Shown: in pieces, positions 38,257-47,531 of the stretch
Position numbering within the stretch: the first letter of the stretch is position 1
Layout of the letters: every line of letters begins with the position of its first letter
NCBI GenBank assembly: GCA_963700255.1
Contig: CAVOWW010000020.1
Span: 3,917-67,916, forward strand
DNA from: an uncultured bacterium
GTDB lineage: Bacteria > Actinomycetota > Actinomycetes > S36-B12
Direction: 5' to 3'
Length of the DNA: 64,000 bases
Made by a program: the position numbers and the translations under genes
The notes under the pieces: model-generated
Told to the model about the DNA's origin: nothing
The model's input: only the letters and a program-made list of their open reading frames with translations
The model's database searches: none

Positions 38257-39950
38257 GCATCCGCAGCTGGGTCCTCCCCTCGCTCACGGGCTACCAGGGT
38301 CGCTGGCTGTCGCGCGACATCGTCGCCGGCCTCGTCCTGTCGGCCCTTCTCGTCCCCCAGGGGATGGCCTACGCCGAGCTCGCCGGGCTGCCGGCCGTGA
38401 CCGGGCTGTACACCTCGATCCTCTGCCTCGTCGGCTACGCGCTGGTCGGCCCGTCACGCATCCTCGTCCTCGGCCCGGACTCGTCACTGGGCCCGATGAT
38501 CGCGGCCACGATCCTCCCGCTGATCGGCGCCGACGGCGACCCCGCGAAGGCGGTCGTCCTGGCATCGGGGCTGGCCATCATCACGGGCCTGATGATGATC
38601 GCCGCGGGTGCGGGCCGGCTCGGCTTCGTCGCTGACCTGCTGTCCAAGCCGACGATCCTCGGCTACATGAACGGCCTCGCCCTGACCATCCTCGTGGGAC
38701 AGCTGCCGAAGCTCCTCGGCTTCTCCGTCGACGCCGACGGGTTCATCGGCGAGGTCGTCGGGGTGGTCACGGGAATCATCGACGGCGAGGTGATCCTGGC
38801 GTCGGCCGCCATCGGCCTGCTGAGCCTGGCCATCATGCTCGTCCTCGGCAGACTGCTCCCGAAGGTCCCGGCCGTTCTCGTGGCCGTCGTGGCCGCGATC
38901 ATCATCAGCGTCGCCCTCTCCCTGGCCGACCGCGGAGTCGCGGTCGTCGGTCCGCTGGACCAGGGCCTGCCGCAGTTCACGATCCCGAGGGTCGGCTTCA
39001 ACGACCTGTCCCTGCTGGTTCTGGGCGCCCTCGGCATCTCCCTTGTCGCACTGGCCGACACCATCTCCACCGCGACCTCGTTCGCCGAGCGTCAGGGAGT
39101 GAAGGTCGACGGCAACCGGGAGATGATCGGCATCGGAACGGCCAACGTCGCTGCCGGCCTGTTCCAGGGCTTCCCGGTCAGCACGAGCGGTTCCCGCACG
39201 GCCGTGGCCGAGAAGGCAGGATCGCGCACGCAGGTCACAGGTCTCGTCGGCGCCGGGATGATCGCGCTGATGCTCGTCGCCTTCCCCTCACTCCTCGCCG
39301 ACCTGCCGCAACCCACCCTTGCTGCCGTCGTCATCACCGCCTCGATCTCGCTCGCCGACCTGCCGGCGACGCGGCGCCTGTACGCGCAGCGGCGCACCGA
39401 CTTCCTGCTGTCCCTGGCGGCGTTCCTCGGCGTGGTCCTGCTCGGCGTGCTGCCCGGCATCGTCGTCGCGATCGTGCTGTCGGTGGCGAACGTCTTCCGC
39501 CGGATCTGGTGGCCGTACCGGACGACGCTCGGGCGGGTGGACGGGATCGCCGGCCTCCACGACGTGACCAGCTACCCGCAGGCTGACCTGCTGGACGGCT
39601 GCACCGTGGTGCGCTTCGACGCGCCCCTGATCTTCGCCAACGCGGGCACCTTCCGCGAGTACATCCTCGACCTTGCCGACGGTGATCCCCGGCCGACCTG
39701 GATCATCGTCGCGGCGGAGCCGATCACCGATGTGGACACCACCGCCTGCGACATGCTCGAGGAGCTCGTCCAGAAGCTCGACCAGCAGGGAGTGCGCCTC
39801 GTCTTCGCCGAGCTGAAGGACCCGGCGCGGCGCAAGATCGACCGATACGGACTCGAGCACGTGCTCGCCGACGATCGCTACTACCCCACGATCACCACGG
39901 CCACCAACGCCTTCGTCGCCGCGACCGGTTCTGAGTGGCGCCAGCCCTGA
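38253..39950 (+). CDS. SulP-family anion transporter with C-terminal STAS domain
   Basis: The GTG at 38253 overlaps the PAP2 stop (GTGA). Sequence features are ...DIVAGLVLSALLVPQGMAYAELAGLP..., multiple TM segments and a STAS tail. The 770-aa ORF 37638..39950 is a 5' over-extension. Confidence 0.9.
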   Translation: MSIRSWVLPSLTGYQGRWLSRDIVAGLVLSALLVPQGMAYAELAGLPAVTGLYTSILCLVGYALVGPSRILVLGPDSSLGPMIAATILPLIGADGDPAKAVVLASGLAIITGLMMIAAGAGRLGFVADLLSKPTILGYMNGLALTILVGQLPKLLGFSVDADGFIGEVVGVVTGIIDGEVILASAAIGLLSLAIMLVLGRLLPKVPAVLVAVVAAIIISVALSLADRGVAVVGPLDQGLPQFTIPRVGFNDLSLLVLGALGISLVALADTISTATSFAERQGVKVDGNREMIGIGTANVAAGLFQGFPVSTSGSRTAVAEKAGSRTQVTGLVGAGMIALMLVAFPSLLADLPQPTLAAVVITASISLADLPATRRLYAQRRTDFLLSLAAFLGVVLLGVLPGIVVAIVLSVANVFRRIWWPYRTTLGRVDGIAGLHDVTSYPQADLLDGCTVVRFDAPLIFANAGTFREYILDLADGDPRPTWIIVAAEPITDVDTTACDMLEELVQKLDQQGVRLVFAELKDPARRKIDRYGLEHVLADDRYYPTITTATNAFVAATGSEWRQP

Positions 39951-39952
39951 AG

Positions 39953-41728
39953 CTACGAGGCCGCGTCCTCGACATCGACGCCCGAGACGGCCAGCACGGC
40001 CGAGCGCACCGTCGGGAAGAGCGCGTCGCCCGGAAGCAGGTCGGCCAGGCCCAGGCGACCCAGGTGCTGCTCGAGGCTGCGCCGCGGGCGTGCCACGACG
40101 AATCGGACCCCGCGGACGTTCAGCTCCTCGATCACGTCGCGAAGCTCCTCGGCGCCTGACGCATCCAGACCGACGACGGCCTCGGCGTCGAAGACGACGG
40201 CGTGGACCTCGTAGGGAGCTCCCTCGATCGCCTCCCTGATCCGGCTGGAGAAGTACCGGCTGTTCGCGAAGAAGAGCCGGTCATCCAACCGGTAGACGAC
40301 GACGCCGGGGACGACACGCGCACTCGGGCGCCTCTCCACGTCGACGAACCGTCCTGCGCGGGCGCTCCAGCCCAGGACAGCGTCGTTCGGCTGGGCGCTG
40401 GTGCGCACCACGTCGATGATGGACAGCAGGACGGCGAGCACGAGGGAGGGCAGCAGTCCGATGGTGATCATCCCCACGACCAGCACGCCCGCGATGGCGA
40501 ACTCGGCGCGAGACCCCCGCCACAGCGCCCTCCAGGCGCGCAGGTCGATGAGGCCGATGGCGGCGTAGATGATGACGGCGGCCAGCGTGGCCTTCGGGAG
40601 CAGCGCCAGCACGCCGGTCAGGAACAGCAGGACGAGTGCGGCCACCACGACCTGGACGAGGCCGACGACCTGGGTGCGCCCGCCGACGCGCGCGTTGATC
40701 GCGGTGCGCGAGCCACTCGACCCGAGCGGGAACGACTGCGACAGGCCGGCGGCAGCGTTCAGGCCAGCCAGGGCGACAAGTTCCTGGTTCGCGTCGATGG
40801 GTCTGCCCCCAGGCGCGGCGAAACTGCGCGCGGTCAGGATGGCGTCGGCGAACCCGACCAGAGCGATCGCCACCGCAACGGGAGCGAGCTCGAGCACCTG
40901 CGTCACGCCCACGCTCGGCCACGAGATGCCGGGGAGACCCGGCGGGATCTCGCCGACGAGGGTCACACCATGCTCGCCGAGGTCGAACGCCCACGAGCAG
41001 GCGATGGCCAGCACCGTGACCGCCAGCAGGGTGGGGAAGCGCGGCAGCCAGCGCGCTCCGATGACGAGTGCGGCAAGGCAGAGACTGCCGATGAGCAGCT
41101 CGAGCGCATCGACCTGCCCCACGAAACCGGTCAGGAACGACGCGTACTCCTGGAGCGGCGTGTCGCCCTCGACCGGAACGCCGGTGAACTCGTCGAGCTG
41201 ACCGGCGAGGAGCGTGAGTGCCAGGCCGGTGAGGAAGCCCAGCAGGACGGACGTCGAGAAGTAGTCCGCGATCCAGCCGAGGCGCAGGACCCGCGCCAGG
41301 ACGAACACGGCCGCGACCAGGAGCGCCATCATGGCTGCGAGGGCGGGGTAGTCGGCCGGCTCGGAGCTGATGGCGACGAGGGCGGGTGCCACCATCAGGG
41401 CCGTCGTAGCCGTCGGGCCGGTCACGAGGTTGCGGGACGACCCCAGCAGGGCGTACGCGAGCAGCGGCAGGAGGAGACCGTAGAGTCCCGCCACCACGGG
41501 AAGACCAGCCGTCTGGGCGTAGGCCATCGACTGCGGGATGGCCACGGCCGCCATCGCCACGCCGGCGATCACGTCGGCCCGCAGCAGTCGGCGGGTGTAC
41601 CTGCGCAGGTCCCCGATCACGGGGACGAGTCGCAGCGGCGACGTCGACACGACAGGTACCTGGAACGGGACGGGCCGGGCTCCCGCGTACTCGTGGTCCG
41701 CTGGCTCCGGTGACAGTGGCTCATCCAT
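39953..41728 (-). CDS. SulP-family anion transporter with STAS domain (paralogue)
   Basis: 591 aa containing ...DVIAGVAMAAVAIPQSMAYAQTAGLP... and a STAS tail. It is convergent with the other SulP gene, with 2 nt between the stop codons. Confidence 0.9.
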   Translation of the reverse strand: MDEPLSPEPADHEYAGARPVPFQVPVVSTSPLRLVPVIGDLRRYTRRLLRADVIAGVAMAAVAIPQSMAYAQTAGLPVVAGLYGLLLPLLAYALLGSSRNLVTGPTATTALMVAPALVAISSEPADYPALAAMMALLVAAVFVLARVLRLGWIADYFSTSVLLGFLTGLALTLLAGQLDEFTGVPVEGDTPLQEYASFLTGFVGQVDALELLIGSLCLAALVIGARWLPRFPTLLAVTVLAIACSWAFDLGEHGVTLVGEIPPGLPGISWPSVGVTQVLELAPVAVAIALVGFADAILTARSFAAPGGRPIDANQELVALAGLNAAAGLSQSFPLGSSGSRTAINARVGGRTQVVGLVQVVVAALVLLFLTGVLALLPKATLAAVIIYAAIGLIDLRAWRALWRGSRAEFAIAGVLVVGMITIGLLPSLVLAVLLSIIDVVRTSAQPNDAVLGWSARAGRFVDVERRPSARVVPGVVVYRLDDRLFFANSRYFSSRIREAIEGAPYEVHAVVFDAEAVVGLDASGAEELRDVIEELNVRGVRFVVARPRRSLEQHLGRLGLADLLPGDALFPTVRSAVLAVSGVDVEDAAS

Positions 41729-41885
41729 GGGGTCAGTCCATCGCAGATGGCGCCGTGATGCAGCCGATGGTGGGGAAGTCGCCTACCTGCACGCTCTTCG
41801 CAGGTGTCGTAGGGGGTCATGGCGCCCCTCCCGCGGCGTCGTAGCGTCTCGCCGAACCGATCCGCTTCGAGACAAGGACCGACAC

Positions 41886-42518
41886 ATGACCATCCGACTG
41901 GGCGACGAAGCCCCCGACTTCACTGCAGAGACCACCGACGGCACCCTCTCCTTCCACGACTGGAAGGACGGCTCCTGGGCCGTGCTGTTCAGCCACCCGG
42001 CCGACTACACGCCCGTCTGCACCACCGAGCTCGGCCGCACGGCGTCGCTCAAGGGCGAGTTCGAGGCCCGCGGCGTCAAGGCCATCGCGATCTCGGTCGA
42101 CCCGATCGAGGACCATCGCGGATGGGCCGGCGACATCGGTGCGGTCGGCGGCGTCGACCTCAACTTCCCGATCATCGCCGATCCGGATCGCACCGTGTCG
42201 AATCTGTACGACATGATCCATCCCGGCGAGGGCGACACCTCGACCGTGCGCTCCGTGTTCATCGTCGATCCGAAGAACAAGGTCCGCCTGACCCTGACCT
42301 ACCCGAAGTCGGTCGGCCGCAACTTCGACGAGATCCTGCGCGTCATCGACGCACTCCAGCTCACCGACCGCGCGGCCGTGTCCACCCCCGTGGACTGGAC
42401 CCCCGGCGACCGCGTGATCGTCTCGCCGCTGCTGTCGACCGCGGACGCGATCGAGCGTTTCGGCGAGGTCGAGGAGGTCACGCCCTACCTCCGGTGGACG
42501 CCCCAGCCGGCCGTCTGA
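41886..42518 (+). CDS. 1-Cys peroxiredoxin (Prx6-like, AhpC/TSA family)
   Basis: It carries MTIRLGDEAPDF, the peroxidatic Cys motif FSHPADYTPVCTTE, and a C-terminal 1-Cys Prx domain. Confidence 0.92.
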   Translation: MTIRLGDEAPDFTAETTDGTLSFHDWKDGSWAVLFSHPADYTPVCTTELGRTASLKGEFEARGVKAIAISVDPIEDHRGWAGDIGAVGGVDLNFPIIADPDRTVSNLYDMIHPGEGDTSTVRSVFIVDPKNKVRLTLTYPKSVGRNFDEILRVIDALQLTDRAAVSTPVDWTPGDRVIVSPLLSTADAIERFGEVEEVTPYLRWTPQPAV

Positions 42519-42525
42519 CGTGCGA

Positions 42526-42570
42526 ACGACGACGGCTGCGGCGCACCTCGCGCGCCGCAGCCGTCGTCGT
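42526..42570 (+). terminator. 19-bp perfect hairpin after peroxiredoxin
   Basis: acgacgacggctgcggcgc pairs with gcgccgcagccgtcgtcgt, with the 7-nt loop acctcgc. Confidence 0.7.
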
Positions 42571-42612
42571 CACCTGGACCCGTAAGTACGGGTGCTCTGG
42601 TACGGTCGCCCC

Positions 42613-42852
42613 GTGAAGACCACCATTGACCTGCCGGACGATCTCGCCAACGAGGCCAAGCGCATCGCCGCCCAGACGGGCACGACTCTGCGCAGCCTCG
42701 TCGAGGCGGGCCTCCGCGCCGAGCTCGAGCGGCGCGCGCAACCGGCCACGTGGACGCCGCGCTCCGACCTCGCTTTCGGGTCCGGAGGGCTCACCCAGGC
42801 CGCACGAGCGATGACCTGGGCCGAGATCCGCGAGGACTCGATGCAGCGGTGA
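42613..42852 (+). CDS. vapB: Type II antitoxin (VapB-like)
   Basis: It starts VKTTIDLPDDLANEAKRIAAQTGTTLRSLVEAGL. There is a GTGA overlap with the PIN toxin start. Confidence 0.75.
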   Translation: MKTTIDLPDDLANEAKRIAAQTGTTLRSLVEAGLRAELERRAQPATWTPRSDLAFGSGGLTQAARAMTWAEIREDSMQR

Positions 42853-43284
42853 TCGCCCTCGACACCAACATCCTCGTCTACGCCGCACAGGGCCGACCTG
42901 CCGTGGCACGAGCAGGCGATCACCGTCATGGACGCGGCGCTGTCGGGGTCCGAGGATGTTGCCCTGTGCTGGTCCGTCCTTCACGAGTTCCTGGCGGTCG
43001 TCACCAACGCCCGCGCATTCGTCGAGGCGACTCCGCCGCAGATCGCGTTCGACCAGGCCGAGCACTGGATGGCGAGCCCTCGGGCCGTGCTGCTCACGGA
43101 GACACGTCAGCACCTCGTCACGCTGCGACGCCTGGTCGAGCGCGGACGTGTCGCCGGGGGTTCACTTCACGACGCGAGGATCGCTGCCACCTGTCTCGAC
43201 CATGGCATCCGCGAGCTGTGGACCGCCGATCGAGACTTCACGCGGTTCCCCGAGCTGTCGGTCCGCAACCCCCTGATCGCCTGA
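42849..43284 (+). pseudogene. vapC: VapC PIN-domain toxin, frame break near 42891-42897
   Basis: The N-terminus VIALDTNILVYAAQG (frame of ORF 42750..43466) continues as ..LPWHEQAITVMDAALSG...TADRDFTRF in ORF 42928..43284. The span is 436 nt (1 mod 3). Confidence 0.75.
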
Positions 43285-43285
43285 G

Positions 43286-44578
43286 TCAGCGCGTGCGGCG
43301 GCGACGGCGGTTGGGCTGGCCGGCGGGCCGCGCCGTGCGAGGCGCCTGCGCGACGGGTGCCGCCACCGGAGCGGGCGTCACATGGGCAGCCTGCTCGCCG
43401 CGGAGCTTCGCCACCTCGACGCTGCCCGGCTGGACACGAGTGAACGTGGGGCTGATCCCGGCCTGACGGGTCAGGGCGGTGACATCGCGGGACTGGTCCG
43501 CCGTGGCGATCGTCACGACGATCCCCGCTGCGCCTGCGCGCGCGGTTCTGCCCGAACGGTGCAGGTAGGCCTTGTGCTCCGCCGGCGGGTCGACGTGCAC
43601 CACGAGTGCGACCTCGTCCACGTGGATTCCGCGCGCAGCGATGTCGGTTGCCACCAGGACACGGCTGGTGCCATCGGTGAAGGAGGCCAGGTTGCGCTCG
43701 CGTGCACTCTGGCTCAGGTTGCCGTGCAGGTCGACCGCCGGGATCCCGGACTCGGTCAGCTGCTTGGCCAGCTTCTTCGCCTGATGCTTCGTCCGCATGA
43801 AGAGGACGGAGCGACCGCGGCCCGAAGCGAGGTCACGGACGATGGCGGCCTTGTCACCCGACGCGACGGTGAACACGTGATGGACCATGTCCGTCGAGCG
43901 CGTCTCGACCGGGTCGACCTGATGGGTGACGGGGTTCGACAGGTAGCGCTTGACGAGCACGTCGACGCCGCGGTCCAGCGTCGCCGAGAACAGCAGCCGC
44001 TGGCCCACCTTCGGGGTCCGGTCCATGAGGCGACGCACGCCCGGCAGGAAGCCGAGGTCGGCCATGTGGTCGGCCTCGTCGAGGACGGTGATCTCGACGC
44101 TGCCGAGGTCGCAGTGACCCTGGCCGACGAGATCCTCTAGGCGACCCGGGCAGGCGATGACGATGTCGGTGCCGGCACGCAGCGCGCGCACCTGCGGGTT
44201 CTGGCCCACCCCGCCGAAGATCGTCATGACGGTGAGGCCAGCGGTACGGGCCAGCGGCTCGACGACCGCGAGGACCTGGTTGGCCAGCTCGCGGGTCGGG
44301 ACGAGGACGAGGCCGCGCGGCTTCATCGGCCGCGTCGACGTGCCGGACGCGGCGAGGCGCGTCACGAGGGGGAGGGCGAACGCCAGCGTCTTGCCGGAGC
44401 CGGTGCGGCCACGGCCGAGGACGTCACGGCCCGAGAGGCTGTCAGGAAGGGTCGCGGTCTGGATGGGGAACGGGTCGATGATCCCGTCGCGGCCGAGCAG
44501 GTCGGCCAGCGCAGCAGGGACGCCGAGGTCGGTGAAGGAGTGAGCGGACGTGGATGAGCTGGTTGGTGCAGATGACAC
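43286..44578 (-). CDS. DEAD-box ATP-dependent RNA helicase
   Basis: It has the Q motif FPIQ, GRTGSGKT, DEAD (LDEADHM), SAT, HGNLSQ and HRSGRTARAG, with an Arg-rich tail. Confidence 0.93.
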   Translation of the reverse strand: MSSAPTSSSTSAHSFTDLGVPAALADLLGRDGIIDPFPIQTATLPDSLSGRDVLGRGRTGSGKTLAFALPLVTRLAASGTSTRPMKPRGLVLVPTRELANQVLAVVEPLARTAGLTVMTIFGGVGQNPQVRALRAGTDIVIACPGRLEDLVGQGHCDLGSVEITVLDEADHMADLGFLPGVRRLMDRTPKVGQRLLFSATLDRGVDVLVKRYLSNPVTHQVDPVETRSTDMVHHVFTVASGDKAAIVRDLASGRGRSVLFMRTKHQAKKLAKQLTESGIPAVDLHGNLSQSARERNLASFTDGTSRVLVATDIAARGIHVDEVALVVHVDPPAEHKAYLHRSGRTARAGAAGIVVTIATADQSRDVTALTRQAGISPTFTRVQPGSVEVAKLRGEQAAHVTPAPVAAPVAQAPRTARPAGQPNRRRRRTR

Positions 44579-44794
44579 GAAGGAATCCTCAGATCAGGGA
44601 TAGCGAGATCCACCTGGACCTCGCACGCGAAGACGCTCTTCACGCGAGATGCTCGCATGGCCGCGGGATTGCGACTGGAGCGGAACGACGCACACGCTCA
44701 AGCGGTGCAGTCGAGACACTCGAGTATGGCATGCAAAGCCTTGCATCCCGAAATCCGTGAGGCGATCACGGGTAGGACGCGGGGCAGCGGGCTC

Positions 44795-45448
44795 CTAGTA
44801 GTCGGCGAGCCGAGCCGCGTAGGCGGCGTAGGCCGGACGGCCGAACTGATCGAAGCCGGCACGTGCCTCGGCCGGCATGCCGTTGAGGATCGCCTCGCCC
44901 CGATCCGCCGAGGTGTTGGCGAGGATGAGGCCGAGTCCGACGGCCAGCTGCTCGGGGGTCAGCGCGGCCCGCGAATGCGCACCGACCGCCGCGTACTCCT
45001 CCTGCGTGAGGTCGCGCGAGATCAGTGGAACGACCTGCTGCTCCTCCATGGCGAGGTGATGAAGAAGTTCCTTCTCGAGCATGATGAGCGTCGTGTGAAG
45101 CGAGGACCGTTCGAGAACCCCTGGGCTGGCCATCCACACCTGGGCCTGCTCCTGCGCCGAGTCGACCAGCGCCGTCATCGCCTCGTGCTGCCCCACCATG
45201 TCGCCAACGAGGGCGGCATGCTCTGGCGACCGCTCCTCGAGCAGCGGCCACACGAGCTCATCCTCACCCTCATGATGGGCGTGGAGCATCGAGGTCATCA
45301 GGAGAACGTGGCCGCCGACGACAGCCGCACGATCGGCATTGCCCTCAGCCACCGCCTTGACCGTCAGCGGCAGCTTGGCGAACTCGTGGCGCAGGCAGTC
45401 GTGGATCGCGTACATCTCGGTCATGTCGGTCTGGTTGTCGACGGGCAC
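44795..45448 (-). CDS. Hemerythrin (HHE cation-binding) domain protein
   Basis: 217 aa with repeated H...E/H..H patterns (HDCLRHEF, HAHHEGEDE, HHLAMEE). Confidence 0.75.
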   Translation of the reverse strand: MPVDNQTDMTEMYAIHDCLRHEFAKLPLTVKAVAEGNADRAAVVGGHVLLMTSMLHAHHEGEDELVWPLLEERSPEHAALVGDMVGQHEAMTALVDSAQEQAQVWMASPGVLERSSLHTTLIMLEKELLHHLAMEEQQVVPLISRDLTQEEYAAVGAHSRAALTPEQLAVGLGLILANTSADRGEAILNGMPAEARAGFDQFGRPAYAAYAARLADY

Positions 45449-45545
45449 GGTGACTCCTACGGCAGATGGCGTGATGCTGCGATTGTGCAGCCAATAATGC
45501 CGCTGATGGCGCGAATCGCCGAGATGGGGGCGCGCGCGTCGTGCG

Positions 45546-46412
45546 TCAGGTGCGCTTGAGCCGCGCCCGGCGCGGCACCTGACCGAATCTGCCGGAGTGG
45601 AAGTCCCGGTAGGCCCGCTCGATCTCGGCGCGCGAGTTCATGACGAACGGGCCGCCCATGACGACGGGCTCCCGCAGTGGCGTGCCGCTGTACGCGAGCA
45701 CCCGCGCTGGCCGGTCGCTGCCGAGCGCGCTCACGTGCAGGCTGCTTGTTCCTCCACCCACCGGATCCGACCATGCGACCTGTCCCTCGCGCACCCGGCG
45801 CTTCCCGATGATGACGTCACCGTCGAGCACATAGAGGAAGGCTCGATGTGCGGCTGGGATCGCATAGTCGACCGAGGCACCGGGCTCCACCGTGAGGATC
45901 GCTCCCTGGATCGGGTGCTGGTTGCGCGCAGGGCCGGCGACACCCGCCACCGTGCCGGAGACCACGTCGACCTGCGCGCCGGGCGTCGTCGCGATCGGTC
46001 GTGACGACGCCCGGAGGTCCTGGTACCCGGTCTCGACCATCTTCCGGCGGGCAGGCAGGTTCACCCACAGCTGGAGCGTGTGCGCATGCTCGTTGCGGAA
46101 GGCCAGCTCGCGGTGGATGATCCCGCGGCCCGCCGTCATCCACTGGACGTCGCCAGGCAGCAGCGCACCTGCGTTGCCTGCGTTGTCGCCGTGCTCGAGG
46201 ACGCCGTCGAGGACCATCGTCACGGTCTCGATGCCGCGATGCGGATGCCACTCGAAGCCGGGCTCCGAGAACCAGTCCTCCGCCAGGGCGAGGAACGGAT
46301 CGGTCGCCTTCGGGTCGCGCGGAGTGATGATGATCGCCTTGTCGTCGACCTGCGCGTCCGGCCCGAGCCGGACCTTGTCCTCCACGCGGGCGACGACGCG
46401 GGCGGGGCTCAC
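45546..46412 (-). CDS. Pirin family protein
   Basis: It carries HPHRGIETVTMVLDG...HGD and a bicupin length of 288 aa. Confidence 0.9.
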   Translation of the reverse strand: MSPARVVARVEDKVRLGPDAQVDDKAIIITPRDPKATDPFLALAEDWFSEPGFEWHPHRGIETVTMVLDGVLEHGDNAGNAGALLPGDVQWMTAGRGIIHRELAFRNEHAHTLQLWVNLPARRKMVETGYQDLRASSRPIATTPGAQVDVVSGTVAGVAGPARNQHPIQGAILTVEPGASVDYAIPAAHRAFLYVLDGDVIIGKRRVREGQVAWSDPVGGGTSSLHVSALGSDRPARVLAYSGTPLREPVVMGGPFVMNSRAEIERAYRDFHSGRFGQVPRRARLKRT

Positions 46413-47032
46413 GGGGTCGCAGAGGGCGATGCTGCCGGCGTCGCGTCAGCGGCCGGGCTCGGACAGCCCGGTCCGCTGGCGACCGGCGACGGCGAGGCCA
46501 GCTGCGCGGCCACCTCGGGCTGGGGCGCGAGCCCCGTGAAGCCCGTGCCGGTGGCGAGGTCCACGGCGCGGCCCTTGCGGTCGAGCTCCACGAGCTCGGC
46601 GCCGGGCACGTAGAGGACGAGGAGCTGGGCCTCCTCAGCGCCCTTGGGCCCGAACCGGATCTCACCGACCCCAGGAAGCGCCTTGCCGACGGGGTCGTTG
46701 GCGACCTCGCCCACCCGGAACCCCCGGTCCTCCAGCTCATTGGCTGTCTTGCTGGCCAGGCCGGACGTCGCCGTCGCGTTGTAGACGTTCACCTTGACCT
46801 TGGCCGGCTTGGGGAGCAGCTCGGCCTGCGTCACCTGTGTCGTCACGCACGGGGTCGGCGTGGCGTCGGCTGCATCGGGTGCGGCCGCGTCCGACGAGCC
46901 GCGCACGAGGCTGACGACCCCGAACCCGATCCCGATCACGACGAGCACGCCCACGGCGACGAGCAGCCCGACCAGCCAGGTGGGCCGCCCCGGCCGCTGT
47001 CGCCGGATCGGGCTCTCCCTCAGTGACGTCAT
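46409..47032 (-). CDS. LytR C-terminal (LytR_C) domain-containing membrane protein
   Basis: It has an N-terminal TM segment, then KVNVYNATATSGLASKTANELEDRGFRV. There is an ATGA overlap with the tadA stop. Confidence 0.75.
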   Translation of the reverse strand: MTSLRESPIRRQRPGRPTWLVGLLVAVGVLVVIGIGFGVVSLVRGSSDAAAPDAADATPTPCVTTQVTQAELLPKPAKVKVNVYNATATSGLASKTANELEDRGFRVGEVANDPVGKALPGVGEIRFGPKGAEEAQLLVLYVPGAELVELDRKGRAVDLATGTGFTGLAPQPEVAAQLASPSPVASGPGCPSPAADATPAASPSATP

Positions 47033-47502
47033 CGTTCCTCCGGCACGGGCCGCTTGGCGGACATGAACTCGCTCACCATCGCACCACACTCATCGGCCAT
47101 CAGCCCGCCGATCACCTCCGCACGATGGTTGAGTCGTCGATCGCGCACGAGGTCCCACCGCGAGCCGGCGGCGCCGTACTCGCCGTTCCAGGCTCCGAAG
47201 ACCAGTCGCTGCAGACGTGCCATGACCACCGCCCCGGCGCACATCGGGCACGGCTCCATCGTCACCACCAGGGTGCAGTCGTCCAGCCGCCAGCGCCCCA
47301 GAGCCCGCGCGGCCTCCCGGAGCACGAGCACCTCGGCATGGGCCGTCGGGTCGTGGTCGCCCTCGCGCCGATTGTGGGCCCGGGCGATGACGTTGCCACC
47401 CTCATCGAGGACCACTGCGCCGATAGGTATCTCCCCGGCCTCGGCGCCCGCTCGCGCCTCGTCGAGCGCGACGCTCATAGCCTCGGCGTGCGTGAGGCTC
47501 AT
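47029..47502 (-). CDS. tadA: tRNA adenosine(34) deaminase
   Basis: It carries the CDA zinc motifs HAEVLVLREA and PCPMCAGA. Confidence 0.93.
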   Translation of the reverse strand: MSLTHAEAMSVALDEARAGAEAGEIPIGAVVLDEGGNVIARAHNRREGDHDPTAHAEVLVLREAARALGRWRLDDCTLVVTMEPCPMCAGAVVMARLQRLVFGAWNGEYGAAGSRWDLVRDRRLNHRAEVIGGLMADECGAMVSEFMSAKRPVPEER

Positions 47503-47531
47503 GGACTGGCCTCGGCGTGCGTGCGGCTCAT
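47480..47531. repeat. 29-bp-period direct duplication of the tadA start region
   Basis: gcctcggcgtgcgtgAggctcat (47480-47502) and gcctcggcgtgcgtgCggctcat (47509-47531) match at 22 of 23 positions. Confidence 0.9.

Noticed and set aside
37638-39950. 770-aa SulP ORF including 205 N-terminal residues
   Set aside because: The N-terminal extension is Arg/Pro-rich and overlaps the well-supported PAP2 gene in another frame. The GTG at 38253 gives a canonical SulP N-terminus.
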